A stretch of 64,000 nucleotides of DNA from Klebsiella phage HMGUkp2, in sequence record PV683292.1, one strand, 5' to 3'. Every line of letters begins with the position of its first letter. Positions within the stretch are counted from its first letter, which is position 1. Shown here piece after piece: positions 8,293 through 17,000 of this stretch. The translations under genes were made by a program, and so were the position numbers. The notes beneath the pieces are model-generated. The model was not told the origin of the DNA and made no database searches. It was given only the letters and a program-made list of their open reading frames with translations.

Positions 8293-9657
8293 ATGTCTGA
8301 TATTTTTGATATGATGTCAAAACAAGCTAACGATACTTTTAATGTACGTAGCTTGGAAAGTATAATTAATAATGAAGCTCTCGCGTATGCAATGTATACT
8401 GTAGAGAACCGTGCGATTCCAAATATGATTGATGGCTTTAAGCCTGTTCAACGCTTTGTTATTGCTCGTACTTTGATGCTTGGCAAGAGTGATAAAAATA
8501 AATTCCATAAGCTCGCATCTATTGCAGGCGGTGTAGCTGACCTTGGGTACCATCACGGTGAAGGTTCTGCACAAGAAACCGGTGCATTGATGGCTAACGA
8601 TTGGAATAACAACGTCCCGTTCTTAGATGGCCAAGGTAACTTTGGTTCTCGGTTGGTTCAAGAAGCTGGTGCGTCTCGTTATATCTTTGCACGTATTTCA
8701 GAAAATTTCTACAAACTGTACAAGGATACAGAGTATGCCCCAGCCCACAAAGATGATGAGCATGCCCCGGTTGCTTATTATCTGCCTATTATTCCTACTG
8801 TTCTTCTTAATGGTATTTCCGGTATTGCGACTGGTTATGCTACTGATATTCTGCCTCATAGCATTTCTTCTGTTAAGAAAAGTGTTATCCAAGCTCTCGA
8901 AGGTAAGAAGATCTCTGAGCCGAAGGTAAGCTTTCCACAGTTTAAAGGAAAGATAATTCCTGTTGACGGCGCATTTGAACTTCACGGAATATACGAAATG
9001 AAATCTCGTACAATGATGTACATCTCTGAGATTCCGTATAAGTATGATCGTGCATCTTATGTTAAAATCCTCGATGCTTTAGAAGATAAAGGGTTCATTA
9101 CATACGATGATGACTGTGGCAAGCACGGTTTTGGATTCAAAGTTAAATTCCGTAAGGAATACAACTTAGGTGAAACCGAAGAAGAACGTCATGAAAAAAT
9201 CATGAAGGACTTCAAACTAATCGAACGCCGTTCTCAGAACATCACAGTTATAAATCATCTCGGCAAGTTGAAAGAATACAAATGCGCCGCCGATTTGATT
9301 CGTGATTTTGTAGAAGTTCGTAAGGTTTTTGTCCAGAAACGTATTGACTGTAAAATCCGCGAAACCGAAGAAGCTTTCAAATTGGCCTTAGCTAAAGCCA
9401 AGTTCATTAAGAAGGTTATTGACGGTGATATCACTATTTCCGGCAAGACTAGAGCCAAACTGGTCGAAGAAGTTAAAGAATTCGACGAACTAGCAGATTA
9501 TGCTGAAAAACTTGTAAGTATGAACATCTACCATATTACTAGCGATGAAGCCAAGAAACTAGCTGAAGAAGCTCGTACTAAGCGCGATGAGCACGAATAC
9601 TGGAAACAGACCGATGTTCAAACTGAATATCTTAAAGACCTCGAGGAAATCAAATGA
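8293..9657 (+). CDS. 52: DNA topoisomerase II medium (GyrA-like) subunit
   Basis: Matches T4 gp52 throughout (…IDGFKPVQRFVIAR…LASIAGGVADLGYHHGE…RYIFARIS…). The start was taken at ATG 8293 (MSDIF…); the track's 8281 start is a TTG. Confidence 0.9.
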   Translation: MSDIFDMMSKQANDTFNVRSLESIINNEALAYAMYTVENRAIPNMIDGFKPVQRFVIARTLMLGKSDKNKFHKLASIAGGVADLGYHHGEGSAQETGALMANDWNNNVPFLDGQGNFGSRLVQEAGASRYIFARISENFYKLYKDTEYAPAHKDDEHAPVAYYLPIIPTVLLNGISGIATGYATDILPHSISSVKKSVIQALEGKKISEPKVSFPQFKGKIIPVDGAFELHGIYEMKSRTMMYISEIPYKYDRASYVKILDALEDKGFITYDDDCGKHGFGFKVKFRKEYNLGETEEERHEKIMKDFKLIERRSQNITVINHLGKLKEYKCAADLIRDFVEVRKVFVQKRIDCKIRETEEAFKLALAKAKFIKKVIDGDITISGKTRAKLVEEVKEFDELADYAEKLVSMNIYHITSDEAKKLAEEARTKRDEHEYWKQTDVQTEYLKDLEEIK

Positions 9658-9833
9658 AATTTAGCTTAGCTTTTATTATCGGTTTAGTAGCTTTTCTAAT
9701 TAACCTGTCAGGTGGCATGGTTTGGACTACAGCTGCTTTATGGGGAATTGCCTTCTGGATTGGCAGTGCAGTTGTTATCTGGGTTCTAGTTGTCGTTCTG
9801 ATAACTATTGGGGCCGTTTTGGCCTCTAGATGA
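9654..9833 (+). CDS. small hydrophobic membrane peptide
   Basis: 59-aa ORF, start overlapping the gene 52 stop (ATGA), two hydrophobic segments. Confidence 0.4.
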   Translation: MKFSLAFIIGLVAFLINLSGGMVWTTAALWGIAFWIGSAVVIWVLVVVLITIGAVLASR

Positions 9834-9913
9834 TGTCTCTATATGGCCTGTTCGTAGGAACGATCTTTTTCTTATTGATAATCACTCTGATTATTGACTA
9901 CACCTTCTAAGTG
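9833..9913 (+). CDS. very small hydrophobic peptide (about 26 aa)
   Basis: MSLYGLFVGTIFFLLIITLIIDYTF read from the sequence. Start overlaps the previous stop (TGATG). Confidence 0.25.
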
Positions 9914-10017
9914 GGCGCCTGGGCGTTTTGTTCAGGCACCCTTTATGTTTCATCATCCTTCCTTTAAAAGTCTCCCTAGGCAATTCCTGCCAATTCAAAA
10001 ATTTTTTAAATCCACCA

Positions 10018-10047
10018 GTTTACTTTGCTTTCAAAACAGGGTATAGT
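10018..10047 (+). promoter_or_regulatory. early promoter of motA
   Basis: GTTTAC(10018-10023), 18 nt, GGGTATAGT(10042-10047), then CUCCUACACCAACAAA…ATG(10086). Confidence 0.65.
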
Positions 10048-10085
10048 ACTCCTACACCAACAAAATGATGAATTGGAGAAATAAA

Positions 10086-10718
10086 ATGTCTAAAGTTACT
10101 TACATCATCAAAGCTTCTAACGATGTTCTGAACGAAAAAACTGCATCGATTCTGATTCAGGTTGTTAAGAACAACTATATCACTTCTGCAGAAATTCGTG
10201 ACCTTCTATCTGAAACGATGAACGCATCTTCAGTGAACTCTAACATCGGTGTTCTTCTGAAGAAAGGCTTAATCGAAAAATCTGAAGATGGTCTGATTGC
10301 TACCGGCGAAGCAATGGATATCATCCAAGCTGCAGCAGTTCTCCACGCTGAAGAAAATAAGCCAGAGCTTCTCCAGAAACGCAGAACCCGTAGTGCTCGC
10401 GGTGTTACTGAAGAGATGACCAAGCTGGCCGAAGAAGTTAAAACTATTCTCGAGGCTCGTGTTGGTCTCAAAGGTATCATCGAAAACCGTAGCAACTTAG
10501 AAGTTCAGTTGGTTAAGCGTACTAACGGTGTTCGTCAAATCGAAATCCGTCGCGACGGTTCACTTCGGGTCTTTGGTTATAACATGACCGAGTCTGAGAC
10601 TAAAGCATTTACTTCTTTAAGTTCAGATGTTAAGATCAAAGTAGGTGGCAAAAACACTTACATCGATTTCCCAAACATTACTTCTGAAATGGCTTCAGTC
10701 GTCGCTAACGTATTCTGA
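10086..10718 (+). CDS. motA: middle-transcription activator MotA
   Basis: N-terminus MSKVTYIIKASNDVLNEKTA… is near-identical to T4 MotA. ATG at 10086, downstream of the early promoter at 10018-10047. Confidence 0.9.
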   Translation: MSKVTYIIKASNDVLNEKTASILIQVVKNNYITSAEIRDLLSETMNASSVNSNIGVLLKKGLIEKSEDGLIATGEAMDIIQAAAVLHAEENKPELLQKRRTRSARGVTEEMTKLAEEVKTILEARVGLKGIIENRSNLEVQLVKRTNGVRQIEIRRDGSLRVFGYNMTESETKAFTSLSSDVKIKVGGKNTYIDFPNITSEMASVVANVF

Positions 10719-10724
10719 GGAAAT

Positions 10725-10910
10725 ATGAAAAATCTTTATGAAGTAACCTTTTATAAAGGCGACAATGTTTTACCTAACACGTATAATATTCCAGCAGAAT
10801 CCGAACAGAATGCTTTAGTTCGGTTAGGGCAAATATACGGTGATGATAAAACTTATCGCGATGATCTGGAAATCAAAGTAGTTGGTATCCGTTTAGTAAT
10901 GAGAGGTTAA
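10725..10910 (+). CDS. hypothetical protein
   Basis: 61-aa ORF in the motA-asiA accessory region. Confidence 0.4.
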   Translation: MKNLYEVTFYKGDNVLPNTYNIPAESEQNALVRLGQIYGDDKTYRDDLEIKVVGIRLVMRG

Positions 10911-10911
10911 T

Positions 10912-11235
10912 ATGAACAAGTTAGAAATCATCAATGAACTCCGTAAGTGCGCTGAGCCAACTCAAGCTGGCTGGGATGTATGGTACCACGGTGCTTACCT
11001 AGGCACTATCGTTAAGGTTAAAGCAGGGCAGTACGCAATTTTACGCGGTGATGATGAAGCCCCGTTAGGCTTCAGAACTAACTTCATGGCTGCCATTTCT
11101 TCTTATGTCGAAGCCGCTGATAAGATTCGTATTGCAGATTACATAGAACTTCAGATGTCTCAACCGGTTATTCGCCAGATCGGTGAAGCCCGTAAGAAAA
11201 GCATCTGGCAGAAGATTAAAGGTTGGTTCAAATGA
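10912..11235 (+). CDS. hypothetical protein
   Basis: 107-aa ORF. Confidence 0.4.
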   Translation: MNKLEIINELRKCAEPTQAGWDVWYHGAYLGTIVKVKAGQYAILRGDDEAPLGFRTNFMAAISSYVEAADKIRIADYIELQMSQPVIRQIGEARKKSIWQKIKGWFK

Positions 11236-11744
11236 TTCCGATGGAACTCGATTGGGACGGTACAGGTTTTGCAATGAAAGTTATTGAAGAACCTAAACAA
11301 CTTTCTTTTGAAGATCGTATGGCATTATTGGATAATGCTTTATCCAAAGAATCTCCAGAAAGCCTGAAGGAAAAATTAGAAAGTTATTCTCCTTCAGTTG
11401 AAATTCCTGAAATCTGCTTTAAAGTAGCTGACTGGTGGGATGGACGATTACTTCAGCGTCGTATCGTTTGTGCAGCAAATCGTTTTGAATTGAAAACTGG
11501 CGGAACAATTGTAGTTCCAGGCACTCGCCACTATTCTGTTGATATGGCGAACGTTTTAGATATGTTTCGCGACAAATTGGTTTCTGATCATGTCCATGGA
11601 GACAATCAAGGATTTGTTGACCAATGGGGTGAGTACTTTACACGCGAAGAAGCATTAATTATCGCGACATATGCAGGTCAAATTAACGCCGTTCGTCCTA
11701 AATCAGGACCCGCCAACGAATTATTCTCAGAGGATTTATACTAA
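11223..11744 (+). CDS. hypothetical protein
   Basis: 173-aa ORF overlapping its neighbours by a few nt. Confidence 0.4.
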   Translation: MVQMIPMELDWDGTGFAMKVIEEPKQLSFEDRMALLDNALSKESPESLKEKLESYSPSVEIPEICFKVADWWDGRLLQRRIVCAANRFELKTGGTIVVPGTRHYSVDMANVLDMFRDKLVSDHVHGDNQGFVDQWGEYFTREEALIIATYAGQINAVRPKSGPANELFSEDLY

Positions 11745-12043
11745 TGAAACTTAATATTGTACAGCTTCAAATCGATTCTTTAACTTCACAAATTAACGCT
11801 CTTAAGCGTGCTAACGAAATGATGCATGAGCAATGGCCCTCATTAACAAATGAGGCGGGATGGTCGTGGTTATCAGAAGAAGCTGTAAAGAAACGTACTA
11901 TTGACAATGAGCCTTGGGTGTGGAATGGTACTATTAAACCGTTATTCTCTCAATATTATGTGATGCTTAATCTTGAAATGATTAAAGAACTTGAGCGTCA
12001 AATTGAAAAACTTAAGGAAAGCGATGCAAAATCTAGTAGCTAA
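11744..12043 (+). CDS. hypothetical protein (coiled-coil rich)
   Basis: 99-aa ORF. Confidence 0.4.
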   Translation: MKLNIVQLQIDSLTSQINALKRANEMMHEQWPSLTNEAGWSWLSEEAVKKRTIDNEPWVWNGTIKPLFSQYYVMLNLEMIKELERQIEKLKESDAKSSS

Positions 12044-12132
12044 AAATGATTTTAATAAGGGCGGCGCCCATAAAGATAAAAAGCGCGCTGCTAAAGATTC
12101 CAAACGTAAACAAAAGCATAAAGGTAAAGATA

Positions 12133-12438
12133 ATGAATGTGGCTCATGAACAACTTGAACGCGAACGTGAAGCCTATGAGCTGTTCGAATACTTGATGTC
12201 TAGTATAGTAGAAGAATTCCGTGTAGATATCAAGTTCTACAGGAGCAACGAGGCTGAACCTAAATTCAAGCTTAATCATGCACTTAAGGCCCAGTTCAAT
12301 AGTGAACCAGGCTGCGTCAGGCTAACCCAGGCTCATCAGACGTATACATTACACGGCCCTTCTCGTAGTGTAGTTTTTGACGCCCTGGAGCGAGTCAAAA
12401 AGATAAGCCAAAAACACGGGTTTACAATGGTTGTGTAA
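12133..12438 (+). CDS. hypothetical protein
   Basis: ORF 12046-12438. The likely start is ATG 12133 (MNVAHEQLE…), because the upstream part is a low-complexity K/A-rich stretch. Confidence 0.35.
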   Translation: MNVAHEQLEREREAYELFEYLMSSIVEEFRVDIKFYRSNEAEPKFKLNHALKAQFNSEPGCVRLTQAHQTYTLHGPSRSVVFDALERVKKISQKHGFTMVV

Positions 12439-12449
12439 CAAGGTATAGT
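12420..12449 (+). promoter_or_regulatory. early promoter of asiA
   Basis: GTTTAC(12420-12425), 17-18 nt, AGGTATAGT(12444-12449). The palindrome GGTATA-GTACG-TATACC spans the -10 element. Confidence 0.6.
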
Positions 12450-12489
12450 ACGTATACCAAAACAAGTGAGATGTCTGTTAAGGAATAAT

Positions 12490-12762
12490 ATGTCTAAGTT
12501 TGAAATAGTTTCTGAAATTATTACTATGGCTTCATTACTGATTAAATTTCAACGTGAAGATATTCTGGAAAATCGTGAAGGGTTTATTGCATTTTTAAAT
12601 GAATGTGGGATTAGAAATGAGTTCGGAAGGGAATTAAACTCGGCTAACTTCCGTAAGATGATAGCCGAGTTATCTGATGAAGAAAAGAAACAGCTGATTC
12701 AAGAATTTAATGTAGGTCATGAAAGCGTATACCGCCATATGGAAATGTACGCTAACAATTAA
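12490..12762 (+). CDS. asiA: anti-sigma70 factor AsiA
   Basis: MSKFEIVSEIITMASLLIKFQREDILENREGFIAFLNE… is highly similar to T4 AsiA (90 aa). Sits downstream of the promoter at 12420-12449. Confidence 0.88.
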   Translation: MSKFEIVSEIITMASLLIKFQREDILENREGFIAFLNECGIRNEFGRELNSANFRKMIAELSDEEKKQLIQEFNVGHESVYRHMEMYANN

Positions 12763-13419
12763 TCACTTACTCCGCCCTAAAGCTCTTGCGGCCTGCCCAC
12801 ATATTGATGTCAAACGATCTTCTGATATAGACGGTCGTTTGCCATACCAATACATCTCAACAGCCCCAGAATAAATGTTATCCAAGTTAAAATACGGACA
12901 CGAAAACATATAACTCACTTCTTCAGGCTTCTTCTTAGTTGGTAAGAAAACAAATTCGTTCTCACTCCAGTAGTTTCTTCCGGACAAATGCGTAGTATAT
13001 TCAGGTGTAGTTTTATCTATAGGATAACCGCCTAGGTTTTTAGGATCGACTGTGCTTGGTAATTTTCCTTCAAAAGCTATTAAATCTACAAAGTAGTTTA
13101 AGTTCTTTGGTCTGAAATTAAATACTGCACTAAAATCAGCACCACTAGATACATGAACTATTTGAAGTTGCTCGAGCGCCGTGTTCTCAAATTTAAGCTC
13201 TTGAGTTTTTACTAGAATCTCGTTATAACTTTCATACGAACTCTTTACGTATGCATTAGCTATAGAATCGGATTTATACCAAATAAAAGTAAGCCCAAAT
13301 AAGATTACAACCACTATAACTCTGGAAAACAAAAGCTTTCCAGAGGCATTATCTTTAAACAAGCGGTCGAGCACCCCAAATAGAATATCCGATATAGGTA
13401 TAGATATTTTATTGGCCAC
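12763..13419 (-). CDS. t: holin T
   Basis: 218 aa matching T4 holin t along its length (…SDILFGVLDRLFKDNA…ALEQLQIVH…FSCPYFNLDNIY…ICGQAARALGR). Apparent GTG start with RBS GAGGAGG. Confidence 0.9.
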   Translation of the reverse strand: MANKISIPISDILFGVLDRLFKDNASGKLLFSRVIVVVILFGLTFIWYKSDSIANAYVKSSYESYNEILVKTQELKFENTALEQLQIVHVSSGADFSAVFNFRPKNLNYFVDLIAFEGKLPSTVDPKNLGGYPIDKTTPEYTTHLSGRNYWSENEFVFLPTKKKPEEVSYMFSCPYFNLDNIYSGAVEMYWYGKRPSISEDRLTSICGQAARALGRSK

Positions 13420-13439
13420 GTGCCCTCCTCACTTTATAT

Positions 13440-13967
13440 TTAATATGCCGTAAATGATAGCTGAAAGGTTCTGTCATCATTGGCATAAAGCCAGTTCCAA
13501 AAAGCATTGTTGTCTGTGCAACTATAGCATCGTCTTCCTCGGTAATCTCGGGAGCTATTAAAATGGAATTGATTGCCGTCTTCAGTATCAACTCGCCAGT
13601 TAACGTTAAAGTTTCCACTGCCTTCCAGAACAATTGCGTCATTATAACCAGACGTTTTGCTTGGCTCTGATAATCCAAAGGCAACTAAATTAAACCCAGT
13701 TTCCCAAATTCCTGATAAAGACCCACGCGCATCGAGCAATACGTTCCATGAAGCACTGTTCTTATCTTTCCAGGCTCCACGAACCCTAGGTCCTGTCGCA
13801 GGGTTGTTACCAGAAATAGTTATACTAGCATTCCAAACGTTTCTTCCTATCATGTTGGACATCCAAAATGGTGTTCCTAACCTTAATTTAGCTCCAGCCT
13901 GGGCCATCCAAGTTTCGCCAGTGACGGCCTTTGCTGAACTTCCTACCCATGGTCCTGTTACTGCCAT
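13440..13967 (-). CDS. 38: gp38-like tail fibre tip protein (adhesin/assembly factor), 175 aa
   Basis: N-terminus MAVTGPWVGSSAKAVTGETWMAQAG…LRLGTPFWMS resembles the gp37-attachment domain of T2-type gp38 adhesins. The C-terminal part lacks poly-glycine motifs. Located immediately 3' of gene 37. Confidence 0.6.
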   Translation of the reverse strand: MAVTGPWVGSSAKAVTGETWMAQAGAKLRLGTPFWMSNMIGRNVWNASITISGNNPATGPRVRGAWKDKNSASWNVLLDARGSLSGIWETGFNLVAFGLSEPSKTSGYNDAIVLEGSGNFNVNWRVDTEDGNQFHFNSSRDYRGRRCYSCTDNNAFWNWLYANDDRTFQLSFTAY

Positions 13968-14004
13968 GATATCTCCTTAAAGATGGGGCCGAAGCCCCAT
14001 GTCA

Positions 14005-17000
14005 TTATTTAGATTTAAGTTCTTCAATTTCTGCTTTAAGACCTTTGACCTCAGCTGAAAGTTCTTTCACTGATTCAACAAGAAGAGCAATTACTGAGTT
14101 ATAATTCAGACGAAGCATACCGCCATCTTCTTCATTATCCTGAGTAACTGCTTCCGGAAGAACTTCTTGAACTTCTTGAGCAATCAACCCAGCAGAACGA
14201 GTAGTACCGCCGGAAGTATTATGAAGCTCATAAGTATTACCGCTTAAGGTCTCTACTTTTTCCAAAGCATTTTCAATAACTTTGATATCAGATTTAGCTC
14301 TACGGTCAGAACGAATCTCAACGTTATCAAAAGAACCGTTACGAGTACAGAAGAAGTCGCCACCGGATCTGAAATAGAAATTGTCATCTCGACCAAATCC
14401 ATTAACATTAAGAATAGCTTGGTGATAATTTCCTACATACTCTTGGAAATATAACGAAGCATAAGCACCATTACTAAATCTAGTTACTAATCCTGCGGTA
14501 TTACTGTACGTACCGTTAGGCTGTCCTGCGGGATAATTAGTAGTTGAGCTAATTCCGTTAAAGTTACTAATAGCACCTGGGAATTGACAAGAACCGCTGT
14601 TCCAGAAGTTCCACGTTGGTCCGGAGGCACCGCCTGCTCTTATATTAACGCTACCAGGCTCATCAACCCAAAGAAGACCTTTTTCTGTACCATCTGCTTT
14701 ACGGAAGAACACATGGCTGTTACCAGTGTTCTGAACGTTAACAGAAGTTGATACGCTGAACTCTTGATTAAATCTAGCCTTTCCGTCAACCGTTAAAACG
14801 CCGTTAACAGCAGCGTCCCCGGTAGTCCACAGAGAGGTAGTTTTTAACTGATCGCCTGTAATTGTTAACCGCCCAGTTACAGTACCACCCGCTAACGGAA
14901 GATAAGTATCGCCAGCATTACTAATAGCAGAAGCAACCTTGTCATCAACATATTTCTTGTTGGTGGCTTGGTTATTCTGCGTAGGAGCATCGGCAATTTG
15001 CACATACTTGGTAGTAGGAACAATAATACCGCCGTTGGCATTAATAACGCTTGATACCGTCAAAGCCCTAGAAATTGTTGAATTTCCGTAAACAGTCTGG
15101 TTTCCATCAGCATCTACTTTGAATATATCATTAAACGTATCAGCAGGATTAATTTGGTTGTTGGTATTTGTTGATACCATAACGGTAAATGAGTTAGATT
15201 TACCGATGGCCATTTTTCCTGGCATACCGTTTTTCTTGACTAAACCAATATCAGAGTTTTTGCCAAGAACAATCATTCTGTTATCTTCAGAAACGTTCAA
15301 GTTACCTGTGATTTTCGAGTTCTGGGCCTCGAACTCACCACCAACAGTCATTTTACCGTTTTGGTCAATAACTGTAGCTTGGCTTGCAGTATCGCCATTT
15401 GGTCTTAAATGAAGTGCTTGACCAGCTTTTGCATAGACGACAAAAGCGCCTGTTGAATTTGAACGAATGCCTGGACCATAAGACCATTCAAGCAATGCTT
15501 CACTCGAGCCGTTGGCTTTTACTTTAATGTCAACACCAGAGGTATCACCATAAGGGCGTAATGCAAGGTATTTTGAGTCAGTGGATGAAGAAGCTGATAA
15601 AATCAAAGCTCCAATACCACCGCCCTGCCCTTCTCGTATTCTTGCGCCATTTTTAAATGTGATATAGGGGTCGTTGGTTCCAATGCCGTTGACATTCAAT
15701 CCACCAAACGTTGCCGTTTGCCCTTCACCAACACCGAGGTTATTACGGGCAGCAGCTACAGAAGTTGCTCCAGTACCGCCTAGATTAATTGGTTGAACAC
15801 CAGATACAACTTCTTCCCATGCAGTCCATGAGCCATTTTGGGCATAGCGAACATATGTGCCAACAGTGGTGTTATTCTTTGTAGTAAAGGTCTGCTTACA
15901 TGTCCAATCGTTATCAGAAACTTTACGTAAAGACAGAACTTCGAGAACAAAGTTACCATCAGATATGGGTTTGTTTGCTATCTTAGAACCACCGCCAGAA
16001 GATACACATTTATACAGCTGACGAGTGCCTGGATCGGTTCTTTTAATGACAAGATCATTAAGGTCAATGGTCTTATCAGAAATATCAACTGCCTCTTCGG
16101 TGCCGCGATATGTCTGGTTAAAAACCAAATCTCCTTCTACATCAAGACCATCAGGTTTAACTCGGATGTACTTGCTGGGAGACGGAGTAGCAACTGCATC
16201 TTGATAGCCAAATTGCACGTATCCTTCAGGAGTAATTTTAAGCATTGCTACGGCGGCGCCAGAGCCAACTTTACGTGCAAGAGTTATTCTGCTATACTTA
16301 TCTGAGTTCTCTGAACCAAAATCAGCCATTGTTCCATTAGGGTTTTCGACTTTTAAGTTAGCGTTAATAGTCAAGTTACCGGTCATGGTGTCACCAGTCT
16401 TACTTACTTGCTTATTATCGCCAGCAACGATATCGTTTTTAATAGAAGTCAAATAGTTGTTAAGGTTACCACCAAACATCGAACCAGAGGTAATGTTTCC
16501 GTCTTTGGTTAGCATTGCTGCTCCGCCAATTTTAACTGCTACAGGAACATCAAGGCGGCCATCAGAACGGAAGCTAAAATCACCAGCAGAAGTGCCTCCA
16601 GTGGTTTTTGCACGGATATTAATCTGACCTAAGTCAGCAGTATTAGGCGTCGCCCAAATTACACCACGTTCGTTACCGTCTGTTCTAAACCATACATGAG
16701 CGTTTCCGGTTCCTGCGTTAACATATACTGATGCAGTGCCAGTGCCGGAAGCATGTAAATTAGGAACAGTTAAATCGCCAGTCATGGTATCGCCGGCTTT
16801 CTTAACTTGGGTATCGTTTGTCAGATTACCAAGTCCGACATCAGCCTTAGATGGTTTATTTGCTGTACCGTAGAGTTCGTTGTAGTTAACATTTCCCGCG
16901 GCAAGGCCTGTGTTGTTAATTGCGTATACACGAACTTTAGCACTGGCGTAGTCGATATTAATAGCTGACATGGTATCACCAGCATTCATAAAAATACCAG

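Noticed and set aside
13409-13684. 91-aa minus-strand ORF overlapping the gp38-like gene in another frame
   Set aside because: It overlaps a better-supported ORF, has no independent signals, and has no homolog pattern.
15119-15412. 97-aa plus-strand ORF antisense to gp37. Similar antisense ORFs lie at 18003-18197, 19504-19713, 20494-20730, 21776-22111, 23156-23473 and 23937-24335 in the fibre genes.
   Set aside because: The fibre genes are long and conserved, and their antisense frames are open by chance. None has a start context.
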